64,000 bases of DNA from Parcubacteria group bacterium CG1_02_58_44 (GCA_001872545.1 MNWN01000011.1:2089-66088), one strand, 5' to 3'; positions 31,956-41,735 are shown, counted from the first letter of the stretch. Translations and numbers: made by a program. The notes: generated from the letters alone by a model not told the origin.

Positions 31956-32118
31956 AGCGAGCATTTTTTCCGAAGTCCGAAATGGCAGGCCGATCCTCGG
32001 ATCGGTGGCGTCGGCCTTCCTTATCTTAGTTCGATGAACACTGATCCTATTCAGCCATGGAACATCAGTCAGCGGCCTAAGTCAAGGGTTGAGATGATCC
32101 GTCCGTATCGGAACTAGG

Positions 32119-32147
32119 TTGAAACGCCTCGCAGTTTTTGCTAAGGT
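32119..32147 (+). promoter_or_regulatory. Putative promoter of tRNA-Ile
   Basis: TTGAAA-N17-TAAGGT with TG extension, 11 nt upstream of the tRNA. Confidence 0.45.
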
Positions 32148-32158
32148 GAGGCGGCCAA

Positions 32159-32234
32159 CGGCCCGTAGCTCAGTGGTTAGAGCGCCGCCCTTATAAGGCG
32201 GATGTCGGCGGTTCAAATCCGCCCGGGCCGACCA
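32159..32234 (+). tRNA. tRNA-Ile (anticodon UAU)
   Basis: CGGCCCG-TA-GCTC..GAGC-G-CCGCC-CTTATAA-GGCGG-ATGTC-GGCGG-TTCAAAT-CCGCC-CGGGCCG-A-CCA. Confidence 0.93.
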
Positions 32235-32503
32235 TTCTAGCCGAAAATTTGTTTTTTGAACGATGTTTTGTTTTCGTCAGTGTGTTCTCCAAGAAGGACT
32301 TGAAGGGTTGAGCCGTGAGCCGGCGAACGGCGAGAGGGGCGGCAAAAGCCGTCCGGGCTCAGAACATTTCAGTTTTTTGATCGAGGCCCTGCCGAGAAAC
32401 ACCTGTCCGGACAGAAACAAGCCCGTCTCAGTATGAGCGTTCGGTGTGCAGCCGCCCCGGTACCCGAGTCGGAGCGAGGGGAAGTCCGCCCGGGCCGACC
32501 ATT
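32218..32503 (+). mobile_element. tRNA-3'-end-duplicating non-coding mini-element
   Basis: tccgcccgggccgaccatt at 32218-32236 and 32485-32503; core bounded by GGACTT(32296)...AAGTCC(32487). Confidence 0.6.
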
Positions 32504-32599
32504 TAGAATCGTAGGTTTCGTTTTCAGTTCGCCATGAAAAAATGCGTCTCACGGCGCATTTTTGCGTTTTAATGGCTTGTTATCCCGGCATCAAAAACA

Positions 32600-32727
32600 T
32601 GTCATCCCGGCCCCCTAACCAATGTCATCCCGGGCCGAGACCCGGGATCCAGTGCCGTCTTGTCTTACCTTGGTCCCCACCTCCGCTAAAGCTACGGCGG
32701 GCAAGCCGGGTCAGGCCCGGAACGACA
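32600..32727. repeat. REP-like element of the same family as 29899, with a second mini-hairpin inserted
   Basis: tgtcatcccgggccgagacccgggatccag ... tggtccc[cacctccgctaaagctacggcgggcaagc]cgggtcaggcccggaacgaca. Confidence 0.65.
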
Positions 32728-32801
32728 ACAAAGAAGTCCGAGACTGTTAGAGAGAGGTATATGGGTGGCAATGACAAAGGCACTGTCTTTTTCGGCAAAT
32801 T

Positions 32802-32910
32802 CAAACCCCGGGCCTTGGCCAGAGGAGTGTCATTATTCTATAAGCTCCCCAGCGAAGCTGGGGTGTACGTTCGTAAAATAAACCACCGGACCTTAGTCCG
32901 GTGGTCGGTT
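32802..32910. repeat. Cluster of short hairpins (REP/IS200-end-like, plus terminator for relA/spoT)
   Basis: aaaccccgggccttggccagagg; ccccagc-gaa-gctgggg; accaccggac-ctta-gtccggtggt. Confidence 0.5.
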
Positions 32911-32912
32911 AC

Positions 32913-34448
32913 CTACCTGTTCTTCTTTTGCGTTGCGCGCTGTTCGGCCCTTTCCCTTTTTCCTTCCCTCTCCTCGCCGAAGTTCTTTATCCAGCGCATA
33001 AGGCGTGACTTGGCGCCGCTCCTTATGTGGGAGCGGGCAGTCGAGGTCTTGATGAATGACAGCCAGTCCGGATTCGGGCTGGTTCGGTCCTTGTCGACGA
33101 TTATCTCGCAGCAGTCGCCGGAGAACAGGCGCGTCTCCAGGCTGACGATGTGGTCGTTGACGCGGGCGCCGACACAGGTATTTCCTATCTGCGAATGAAT
33201 GGCATAGGCGAAATCGACAGGTGTCGCACCTTCGGGCAGGTCGATGACGTCACCTTTCGGGGTGAAGACGAAGATTCGGTCCTGGAATACGTCGATCTTC
33301 AGGGTTTCCAGGGACTCCAGGAATTCCGTTCCGGTCTTGGTGTCCAGATTCTGCTTGGCCAGGTCCTTGACCCATTTCATCTGTTTCCGCACTTCGGCTG
33401 AAGCCTTGCCGGCCTCGTCGTACTGCCAATGGGCGGCAATGCCGCGTTCGGCCTCCTCGTGCATCCGTCTGGTGCGGATCTGGAACTCGACGATCTCTCC
33501 GCCCTCGCAGAAGACGGTCGTATGCAGCGACTGGTAGCCGTTCGGTTTGGGCTGGGAGATGTAGTCCTTGATGCGCCCCTTGAGCGGCTTCCAGGTCTGG
33601 TGGATGATCCCCAGTACCGCATAGCAGTCGCTCAGCCTGGGCACTATGATGCGCAGGGCGATGATGTCGTGAATTTGGATGATGTCGCGCTCATGCTTCA
33701 GCAGCTTTCGATAGAGGCTGTACTTGTGCTTGACGCGGCCTTCTATTGCCTCGAAGTTTATCTCGTTGCGCTTCAGTTCCGTATCGAGCAGCGTTTTGAC
33801 CTTTTCGACGTAGCCTTTCTTGACCTTGATCGCACGGTCGACCAGGTGGGTGACCCATTCGTATTCCTTCGGCATCGAATGCTTGAAGGACAGGTCCTCC
33901 AGTTTGGCCCGCATCTTGTTGATGCCCAGACGGTTGGCGATCGGAGCGTAGATCTCGAGCGACTCCTGTGCGATGCGTATCTGCTTGGCCGGCGGCAGGG
34001 CCGATAGGGTACTCAGGTTGTTGATCCGGTCGGCGAACTTTATCAGGATGACGCGAATGTCCGAGGCCATGGCCACGAACATCTTGCGTAGGTTCTCGAC
34101 GTAGCGGTCGATGCCGCGGTACTTTATCTTGCCGAGCTTGGTTATTCCGGCGACCATCGACGAGATGTCGTCGCCGAAGTTCTTGCGGATGTCCTCGATC
34201 GTCACTGGCGTGTCCTCCGGCACGTCATGCAGTAGTCCTGCGATGATGATCGATATAGGGACCTTCATTTCCGCCAGCAGCTCGGCCGTGGCCAGCGGAT
34301 GGACAATATATGGTTCGCCTGACTTCCTCTTCTGTCCCTGATGGGCATCGTTGGCGAAATCGAAAGCCAGACGCACCAGGTCAAGGTCCGCCTCGGGCTC
34401 GTACTTTCTGATCTTTTCCAGCAGTCCGTCGACGTTCGGTTTGGCCAT
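32913..34448 (-). CDS. RelA/SpoT homologue (HD + synthetase + TGS, no ACT domain)
   Basis: AHQGQKRKSGEPYIVHP, LLHDVPEDT, IKFADRINN, GRVKHKYS, KDYISQPKPNGYQSLHT, FVFTPKG, TPVDFAY. Confidence 0.93.
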   Translation of the reverse strand: MAKPNVDGLLEKIRKYEPEADLDLVRLAFDFANDAHQGQKRKSGEPYIVHPLATAELLAEMKVPISIIIAGLLHDVPEDTPVTIEDIRKNFGDDISSMVAGITKLGKIKYRGIDRYVENLRKMFVAMASDIRVILIKFADRINNLSTLSALPPAKQIRIAQESLEIYAPIANRLGINKMRAKLEDLSFKHSMPKEYEWVTHLVDRAIKVKKGYVEKVKTLLDTELKRNEINFEAIEGRVKHKYSLYRKLLKHERDIIQIHDIIALRIIVPRLSDCYAVLGIIHQTWKPLKGRIKDYISQPKPNGYQSLHTTVFCEGGEIVEFQIRTRRMHEEAERGIAAHWQYDEAGKASAEVRKQMKWVKDLAKQNLDTKTGTEFLESLETLKIDVFQDRIFVFTPKGDVIDLPEGATPVDFAYAIHSQIGNTCVGARVNDHIVSLETRLFSGDCCEIIVDKDRTSPNPDWLSFIKTSTARSHIRSGAKSRLMRWIKNFGEEREGKRERAEQRATQKKNR

Positions 34449-34579
34449 ACGTTCGGTTAGCTGATCGACTTTGCACGATATCATCTTAATCCAATCAAGT
34501 AAAGATTGGTAAGCGCGGCTTTTTTGGACCTGAAAACGGATGACTTTCGTCATCCGTTTCGTCGTTCATGTTCGGTCGG

Positions 34580-36826
34580 TCATTCCGACTGGGAGGTGTT
34601 TTGGACGTATCCGCAGCCTTCGCCCGAGCATTTGGCCTCGTCCTTCTTGGCCATGACCATCAGCTGCTTGCACTTCGGGCAGGTGTCACCGGTCGGTCGA
34701 CTCCACAACGCGAAGTCGCATTTCGGATAGCCGGAGCAGGCATAGAATGTCTTGCCTTTGCGAGTTTTCTTTTCTACGATCTCTCCTTCGCCGCATTGAG
34801 GGCAATTGACGCCGACCTTCTTCTGGATCGACTTGATGGTCTTGCATTTCGGATAGCCGGAACAGCTGAGGAACGGTCCGAACCGTCCGCGCTTGACGAT
34901 CATGGGCGAACCGCAGGCCTCGCATTTCTGGTCGGTCTCCGGAACGGCCTCGGCGGTCGCATCGCCGTCCGCACCATCGACGGCCTTGGTGTTGCGGCAT
35001 TCCGGGAAGCCGGTGCAGGCCATGAACTTTCCGTAGCGGCCCATCTTGATGACCATCGGCTTGCCGCAATGCTCGCACTTCTCGTCAGTGCTTTCCTCGG
35101 CCACGTCCTTCTTGTTGACCTCCTTCTCCTTCACCTTCAGGTTTTCCTCGAAGGGGAGGTAGAAGTCGCGGATGACCGGCACCCAGTCCTTGCGGCCGGC
35201 GGCGACATCGTCGAGATCGTCTTCCATCTTGGCGGTAAACTGGAGATCCACGACGTTCGGAAAGTGCTGGACCAGCAGGTCGTTGACCAACGTGGCCAGG
35301 TCGGTTGGCTTGAGCTTGCGGCCGTCCTTCTCGACGTATCCGCGGTCGACCACCGTGCTGATGGTCGGAGCGTAGGTCGACGGTCGTCCGATGCCGTTTT
35401 CCTCCAACGTCTTGACCAGCGAGGCCTCTGTATAGCGCGGCGGCGGCTCGGTGAAATGCTGTTTAAGTTCGATCTTTTCGGCCTGCAGTCCGTCACCCTC
35501 GTTCAGCTCTGGCAGCAGGTTTTCTTTGGTTTCGGATTGATAGACTTCCAGATATCCCTTCTTGACCAGTATTGAGCCGGTGGCCCGGAAGTCGTATGTC
35601 GGACGTTCTTGTTCGGTCGCTTCGGCGTCCACGGTGACGGTGTCGATTTCGGCGTCGACCATCTGCGAGGCCATGGCCCGGCGCCAGATCAGGTCGTAGA
35701 GCTTGGCCTGGTGCGAGTCGAGGTACTTGGAGACGATTTCGGGATGGAGCGACGCACCGGTCGGCCTGATGGCTTCATGCGCTTCCTGTGCACCTTTTGA
35801 CTTGTTCTCGTAGCGGCGCGGTCCGTTCGGCAGGTATTCGTTCCCCAGATTCTTGGCCAGCCAGTCGCGGGATTCGCCCACGAAGTCGTCGGACAGGTTG
35901 ACCGAGTCGGTACGCATGTAGGTGATCAGGCCGGTCGAGCCGTCGTCGCCGAGCTCGATTCCCTCGTAGAGCTGCTGGGCGATGACCATGGTCTGCTTGG
36001 AGGAGAAGCCGAATCGGTTGTTGGCGTCCTGCTGGAGCGTCGACGTGGTGAACGGCGGCAACGGCTTCTTCTTGACCGTCTTCTTTTCCACGGACTTGAC
36101 CGTCCAGGCGGAACCGTCCAAGTCGTTCAGTACCTTCTGTGCGGCGCCCTCGTCGGCCAGCGCGAACTTGTCGAGTGTCTTTCCGTCACGCTGGTGCAGC
36201 TTGGCCACGAACGATTCGGTACCGTCCTGGTGGTGCAGCGTCGCCTCGACCGACCAGTATTCCTGCGGCTTGAACTCTCCGATCTCGCGCTCGCGTTCGA
36301 CGATCAGTCGGACGACCACCGACTGGACGCGTCCGGCAGAGAGTCCGCGGGCTACCTTGCGCCACAGGAAGGGGGACAGCTTGTATCCGACCAGCCGATC
36401 CAGGACGCGGCGGGCCTGCTGCGCGTCGACCAGGTGATTGTCGATGTCGCGCGGATTTTCCAGGGCCTTCTTGATGGCCGTACCGGTGATCTCGTGGAAG
36501 GTGATGCGCTTGGTCCGTTTCGGGTCGATATCCAGCATCTCCTTGAGGTGCCAGGAGATCGCCTCCCCCTCGCGGTCCTCGTCCGATGCGAAGTAGACGA
36601 TCTCGGCGTCCTTGACCGCCTTCTTTAGCTCGGATGCCACCTTACGCGACTTGGTCGGAATGACGTACTTGGGGGCGAAGTCGTTTTCCGTGTCCACGCC
36701 CAGGTCGTTTTTGGGCAGGTCGCGGACATGGCCGAAGGAGGACATGACCTTGTAGCCGCGTCCCAGGAACTTCGTGATCGTCTTGGCCTTGGTCGGCGAT
36801 TCGACTATTATCAGGTTCTTTTTCAT
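34580..36826 (-). CDS. topA: DNA topoisomerase I
   Basis: LIIVESPTKAKTI, DEDREGEAI, SAGRVQS, LITYMRTDS, AHEAIRPT, C-terminal zinc ribbons. Confidence 0.97.
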   Translation of the reverse strand: MKKNLIIVESPTKAKTITKFLGRGYKVMSSFGHVRDLPKNDLGVDTENDFAPKYVIPTKSRKVASELKKAVKDAEIVYFASDEDREGEAISWHLKEMLDIDPKRTKRITFHEITGTAIKKALENPRDIDNHLVDAQQARRVLDRLVGYKLSPFLWRKVARGLSAGRVQSVVVRLIVEREREIGEFKPQEYWSVEATLHHQDGTESFVAKLHQRDGKTLDKFALADEGAAQKVLNDLDGSAWTVKSVEKKTVKKKPLPPFTTSTLQQDANNRFGFSSKQTMVIAQQLYEGIELGDDGSTGLITYMRTDSVNLSDDFVGESRDWLAKNLGNEYLPNGPRRYENKSKGAQEAHEAIRPTGASLHPEIVSKYLDSHQAKLYDLIWRRAMASQMVDAEIDTVTVDAEATEQERPTYDFRATGSILVKKGYLEVYQSETKENLLPELNEGDGLQAEKIELKQHFTEPPPRYTEASLVKTLEENGIGRPSTYAPTISTVVDRGYVEKDGRKLKPTDLATLVNDLLVQHFPNVVDLQFTAKMEDDLDDVAAGRKDWVPVIRDFYLPFEENLKVKEKEVNKKDVAEESTDEKCEHCGKPMVIKMGRYGKFMACTGFPECRNTKAVDGADGDATAEAVPETDQKCEACGSPMIVKRGRFGPFLSCSGYPKCKTIKSIQKKVGVNCPQCGEGEIVEKKTRKGKTFYACSGYPKCDFALWSRPTGDTCPKCKQLMVMAKKDEAKCSGEGCGYVQNTSQSE

Positions 36827-36919
36827 AGCGACGGTTTCGTTCGAGAGTGAGGGGCCTTCTATATTTTAAGGCCTGCATCTGACGTTAGGCTTTAGGGTAA
36901 CGGTCGTTCGCTCGGAATG

Positions 36920-37780
36920 TCAATTGGCGCCGAACCTGTCGCCGGTGCGGCTGATCAGTCCGGCGATCTCGAGTTCGGACAATGCCACCAGGACCTGTCC
37001 GACGTCAAGTCCCGACCGTTCGGCCAGCTCATCCGGCGAGATCGATTCCAGGCGGACGATGTCGAGCAGCGTGCCGGCTCGGCCGTTCGGTGGGGGCGTC
37101 TGGACGGTCGGAATCTCGTCGATGTCCAGCACCTTGAGCAGTCCCTCCGGTTCGAGCAGGGGATGAGCTCCTTGGGAGATCAGCCAATTGGTGCCACGGC
37201 TGGTCTCCGTGGTTACCGGTCCGGGCACGGCGAAGACTTCCAGTCCGAAATCCAGGGCGAACTTGGCGGTGATCAGCGCTCCGGACTTGATTGGCGCCTC
37301 GATGACGACCGTAGCGAGAGTCAGTCCGGCCACGATTCGGTTGCGCACCGGAAAGTGGTACGGCTGTGGTTGGGTGCCGCAGGGGTACTCGGAGGCCAGT
37401 GCGCCGCCGGAAGAGACGATGCGTTCGGCCAGCCGGCTGTTGGTGCGCGGGGTGACCGATTCGCTGTCCACGCCCGAACCCAGGATGCCTACCGTCAGGC
37501 CGCCGGCCTCCAGCGTCGCCAGATGCACTGCCGCATCGGTGCCGAGCGCCAGTCCGCTGACGATGCCGATGCCGTGCCGCACCCAGGTCGGCACGAACCG
37601 CCTGATCACCGCCTCGCCATAGTTCGTCATTCGCCTCGTGCCGACTACCGCTACGAGAGGCTGTCGGGTCAGAGCCTCGGTCCGTCCGCGCACGAATAGA
37701 CGTTCCGGACAGCCGAAGAGGGGTCGAAGTCGGGGAGGGAAACCGTCGTCCGTTCGCTTGATTTCTTTGGTCCCGTTCAT
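36920..37780 (-). CDS. dprA: DNA-processing protein DprA (short form)
   Basis: VAVVGTRR, IVSGLALGTD, FPVRNRIVAGL, SGALITA, VFAVPG; C-terminal winged helix; start uncertain (37780-37849). Confidence 0.92.
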   Translation of the reverse strand: MNGTKEIKRTDDGFPPRLRPLFGCPERLFVRGRTEALTRQPLVAVVGTRRMTNYGEAVIRRFVPTWVRHGIGIVSGLALGTDAAVHLATLEAGGLTVGILGSGVDSESVTPRTNSRLAERIVSSGGALASEYPCGTQPQPYHFPVRNRIVAGLTLATVVIEAPIKSGALITAKFALDFGLEVFAVPGPVTTETSRGTNWLISQGAHPLLEPEGLLKVLDIDEIPTVQTPPPNGRAGTLLDIVRLESISPDELAERSGLDVGQVLVALSELEIAGLISRTGDRFGAN

Positions 37781-37888
37781 AACGGGGCCGACCGTAGCGT
37801 CCGGTGTTTCGGCTGTCAAATTTTGGACCGAAGTCCGTCTCCTAGGCAAACAAAAAACGTCGGACCTAGCGGCCCGGCGTCCTTTTTT

Positions 37889-38455
37889 CTAGTTGAACTC
37901 GTTCATGGCCTTGTCCAGACCGTCACTCAGTATCGCCTCCAGTGCGTCTGCGGCCCTCTCCAGGACATCGTTCAGGTCCGACTCTTCTGTCGCGCCGAAT
38001 CTCTCCAGTACGAACCTTTCGGCCGGGATCTTGTACATCTGGACGTTGCCGATGCCCAAGCGCAGGCGCGGCACCTCTTCGGTGGACAGCGCTTCGACGA
38101 TGGACTTGAGTCCGTTGTGCCCGCCGGCCGATCCCTCACGGCGCAGACGCAGCGTGCCGAACGGCAGGGAGAAGTCGTCGAGCACGACGACAGTTTCCGT
38201 CACCTCGACCTTCCAGAAGTTAGCCGCCTCACGCACCGCACGCCCGGACTCGTTCATGAAGGTTTGGGGTAGGACCAGGACCACTTTTTCCTTTCCGACC
38301 CGTCCCTCGGAGACCAGTGATTGGAACTTTTCCTTCCAGTCATCGAACCGGTCGGCATGCCGCCGGCGAAAGGCCTGAAGCGCCATGAATCCGGCATTGT
38401 GACGGGTGCGCTCGTACTTATCTCCGGGGTTGCCGAGTCCGACGATCAATCTCAT
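37889..38455 (-). CDS. pth: Peptidyl-tRNA hydrolase
   Basis: LIVGLGNPG..YERTRHNAGF, PQTFMNESG, GSAGGHNGLKS, RLRLGIG. Confidence 0.97.
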   Translation of the reverse strand: MRLIVGLGNPGDKYERTRHNAGFMALQAFRRRHADRFDDWKEKFQSLVSEGRVGKEKVVLVLPQTFMNESGRAVREAANFWKVEVTETVVVLDDFSLPFGTLRLRREGSAGGHNGLKSIVEALSTEEVPRLRLGIGNVQMYKIPAERFVLERFGATEESDLNDVLERAADALEAILSDGLDKAMNEFN

Positions 38456-38464
38456 ATCCAACGG

Positions 38465-39847
38465 TTACCTTTTCGACTTGGAGCGTATCTCACGGGATAC
38501 GACCGCGATCGGCGTGCCGGCGAAGCCGAACTCCTCCCGCAACCGGTTTTCGATGAAGTTCAGGAAGCTCGGGTGCATGTTTTCTTTCTTTTTGGAGATC
38601 ACCAGGAACGTCGGCGGCTTGGTTCCGATCTGGATCATGCCGTAGACCTTCGGCCGGTTGCTGTCCTTCTTCGATCCAAGGATCGCGTGATGCTTCTTCT
38701 TTAGCATCTCGACGAAGGTATCGAGTTCAGCCTGCGGTATCTCTCGACTTCGCTGTCTGGCGATTTCGAGCGCAAGGCCGATCAGCTTGCCGACCCGGTC
38801 TCCGGTCTTGGCGGAGATGTAGGCTACCGGCGCGAACTTGTAGAACGGCAGTTCCGTGGCCACGTACTTTCGGTACTCGTCGGCCGTTCCGAGCTGGCCC
38901 TCCGGCGCCAGGTCCCACTTGTTGACCACGATCAGCACGCCGACGTTCTTTCGTTCGATCAGTCCGGCCAGCTTGCGTTCCTGCGCGTCGATTCCCTCGG
39001 TGGCGTCGATCATCAGGAAGGTGACGTCGGCCTCGACCATCTCGTTGATGCTCATGCTGACGCCGACACGCTCCAGTCCGGGTTGGACCTTGGCCTTCTT
39101 GCGGATGCCGACCGTGTCGACCAGCAGGATGTGGCGTTCGGTGCCGTCCAGTTCGGTGTAGGTGAGCATGGTGTCCTGAGGTTCCCTGGTGGTGTGAGGC
39201 ACTTCACTGACGATGACCCTTTCCTCGCCCGCCAGCGCGTTCAGCAGCGAGGACTTGCCTACGTTGGGACGTCCGATCAGGGCGATGCGCACTTCCGGTT
39301 CCGGCAGCGGCCGGCTGGTCAGCCCCTGACCGGTCATGTATCCCAGAATTTCCTCCAGCAGGTCGCCGACGCCCGATCCGTTGATGGCCGAGACTGCCCT
39401 AGGCGCACCTAGACCGAGCTTGAGCCAGGCGTCGCCCTTGGCCTTCGAACGCATCCTCGGATTGTCGGCCTTGTTGACGATGAGCAGGACTTTCTTGTCG
39501 GACTTGCGGAGATATTTGGCCAGCGCGACGTCCTGCGGCATCGGGCCGTCATTGGCGTCGGTCAGCATGACGATCAGGTCGGACTTGCTCATGCCGGACT
39601 TCGCCTGCCGGAGCAGCTGCGCTTCGGTGGCCGCCTTCGACGTCAGGTCCAGTCCGGCCGTGTCGATGACCGTCAGTATCTCCTCGCGCCAGTGGCAGTG
39701 GCCGAAGTTGATGTCCTGCGTGGTGCCGGCGACCGATGAGGTGATCGCCTTCCGTTTCTCGATGAGGCGATTGAAAAGGGTGGACTTGCCGACGTTGGCC
39801 CGTCCCACAAGGGCGATGACTGGCGTGAGTTTCGGTTGCTGGTTCAT
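38465..39847 (-). CDS. der: Ribosome biogenesis GTPase Der (EngA)
   Basis: Two GTPase domains: GRANVGKST/DTAG/NKAD and GRPNVGKSS/DTVG/NKWD; ENRLREEFGFAGTPI. Confidence 0.96.
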   Translation of the reverse strand: MNQQPKLTPVIALVGRANVGKSTLFNRLIEKRKAITSSVAGTTQDINFGHCHWREEILTVIDTAGLDLTSKAATEAQLLRQAKSGMSKSDLIVMLTDANDGPMPQDVALAKYLRKSDKKVLLIVNKADNPRMRSKAKGDAWLKLGLGAPRAVSAINGSGVGDLLEEILGYMTGQGLTSRPLPEPEVRIALIGRPNVGKSSLLNALAGEERVIVSEVPHTTREPQDTMLTYTELDGTERHILLVDTVGIRKKAKVQPGLERVGVSMSINEMVEADVTFLMIDATEGIDAQERKLAGLIERKNVGVLIVVNKWDLAPEGQLGTADEYRKYVATELPFYKFAPVAYISAKTGDRVGKLIGLALEIARQRSREIPQAELDTFVEMLKKKHHAILGSKKDSNRPKVYGMIQIGTKPPTFLVISKKKENMHPSFLNFIENRLREEFGFAGTPIAVVSREIRSKSKR

Positions 39848-39851
39848 GTTT

Positions 39852-41318
39852 TCAGTCTTGTCCGAGGATGATCAGGTAGTCGGTGTCGGTGTCGGTGTCG
39901 GTGTCGACCGTAGCCAAGACTTCACGACTGGGTTTCCTGATGTCGACGTTCGGAATTATCTTTCGCAGCCGTTCGGCGTTCGCCGAGTTTCCGTTCTTCA
40001 GGTCGTAGACGACCGTTCGGGCGTAGTCGAACGAATCGGCGTTGCCGATCCTGACTACACGGAAGCCGTATTTCTTCAGTTCGACGGCCGTATCGCGAGC
40101 CCCTCCTGTCTCTCCGTTGCCGTTTCTGATTTCGACACCCGCCGCGTCGCCTACTTCTTGGCCGTCATCCAATGAGGTCATAAGCTCTTCCTGGCTCGGC
40201 GGCTCGGCCAGCTCGAATAGATTGGAGGCGACGTTTCGCAGCTCGTTCCAGTCGTTGTTCTTGGGCAGTAGGACATAGGCCCCGCCGACCACGCTGTCCA
40301 CCAGGACCGACTCGGGACGGTTGTCCAGCACTTCATGCTTGATGTTCTCGCGGTCGATGTCCTGCGCCAGTCGGGCCAAACGAAGGATTTCGCCCACATC
40401 GAGGTTAGTCGTCACGTTGGCCTGCAGCGCCGAGAGGGTGTTGGCCACGGCGGAGGGGCTGCTCAGCGTTTTGTAGGACATCATCTTGTCCTTGAGCGCC
40501 GTCAGGACCTTCTGTTGCCTCTTCGATCGGGCAAAGTCGCTGCCCTCGCCGTTGTTGCCGTGACGTGAACGTGCGAAACGCAGTGCCGTCTCGCCGTCCA
40601 GATGCTGCCAGCCCTGCTGGAACGACACTTTCTGCAGCCCGTGGCTGTAGGTCGGATAGCTGCCGTCGGTAAAGGTTCGCTCGACATAGACGTCGATGCC
40701 GCCCACGGCATCGATCACCGACCGGAAGCCGTCGAAGTCTATGCGCACATAGTACGGAATGTCAATTCCCAGCAGCCCTTCGGCGGTGGTCCTGATCAGG
40801 TCTCCGCCGTGTCCGGGATCCTGCGCTTCGCCGTAGGCGTTGACTGAGTTGATCTTTTTCCAGCCGTAGTCCTGTATCGGCACCAGCAGGTCACGGGGAA
40901 TGGACAGCATCGCCACTTGGCCGTCGGACGGTCGTATGCTGGCCACGATCAGCGTGTCGGTGAGATTCGGTCCGTCGTGTCCCTCTCCTCCCATGCCGAT
41001 CAGCAGTAAGTTGATGCGGTCGTCGGCTTCTCCCGTAAGCTTGCGGTCCGGACTGCTGATCAGATGGCGAACTCCGCCCAGGAACGGCAGCTGCCCGAGT
41101 CCTCCCAGGGCATACGAGGCGGCTTCCGACCCAGAGACTCGGCCCAGCAGGAAGGCCAGAACGAAAACCATGGCCACAGTGACCGGAGATATAAAAAATC
41201 TGACCGGTTTTGTGCCGGCTCGTCTGAACGGTGTCGATGCGTCTTTGCCTTTGAGGAGGTTGACTGTCGGTAGGTTAACCATTTTTTTGCCTTGATGCCG
41301 ATATCCGTCAGTGGCCAT
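39852..41318 (-). CDS. LCP (LytR-CpsA-Psr) family protein with LytR_C domain
   Basis: INLLLIG, TDTLIV, LSIPRD, KINSV, LDGETALRFARSR, SDFARSKRQQKV; VEIRNGNG...IGNA...IILGQD; start may be 41282. Confidence 0.92.
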   Translation of the reverse strand: MATDGYRHQGKKMVNLPTVNLLKGKDASTPFRRAGTKPVRFFISPVTVAMVFVLAFLLGRVSGSEAASYALGGLGQLPFLGGVRHLISSPDRKLTGEADDRINLLLIGMGGEGHDGPNLTDTLIVASIRPSDGQVAMLSIPRDLLVPIQDYGWKKINSVNAYGEAQDPGHGGDLIRTTAEGLLGIDIPYYVRIDFDGFRSVIDAVGGIDVYVERTFTDGSYPTYSHGLQKVSFQQGWQHLDGETALRFARSRHGNNGEGSDFARSKRQQKVLTALKDKMMSYKTLSSPSAVANTLSALQANVTTNLDVGEILRLARLAQDIDRENIKHEVLDNRPESVLVDSVVGGAYVLLPKNNDWNELRNVASNLFELAEPPSQEELMTSLDDGQEVGDAAGVEIRNGNGETGGARDTAVELKKYGFRVVRIGNADSFDYARTVVYDLKNGNSANAERLRKIIPNVDIRKPSREVLATVDTDTDTDTDYLIILGQD

Positions 41319-41658
41319 TGATTTGCTTCCCTTTTATGGTCTGACTTCATGACCATGACGATGGACTCCAAAACCGCTTTGGCAAGTGTAGAACGAAGAG
41401 GGAATCTAGTCGAGGGATGAAAGCGTACCGACAGGTCGCAGACCAGCCCCGGTTCGATTATTTGCAAAAACGTCAATCCATGCTATATTGGCCTTGCTTT
41501 GCCCGCTTATTTGGGCAAAAAGCGTCTCCGGGAGCCTGTTTGAGATCTGTCTTCCTTCCGAAAAAGTCTGGATTCCGTTTCTGGCGAAAACGTCGAAGGC
41601 CGACGGTTTGCGAATCGGTTTCGAAGGTAAGATTTTAGACAGGCTCTATATTATAGAT

Positions 41659-41735
41659 GGACGATTAGCTCAGCTGGTTAGAGCGCTGTCCTCACACGAC
41701 AGAGGTCGGTGGTTCGAACCCACCATCGTCCACCA
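41659..41735 (+). tRNA. tRNA-Val (anticodon CAC)
   Basis: GGACGAT...CTGTC-CTCACAC-GACAG...GGTGG-TTCGAAC-CCACC-ATCGTCC-A-CCA. Confidence 0.95.
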
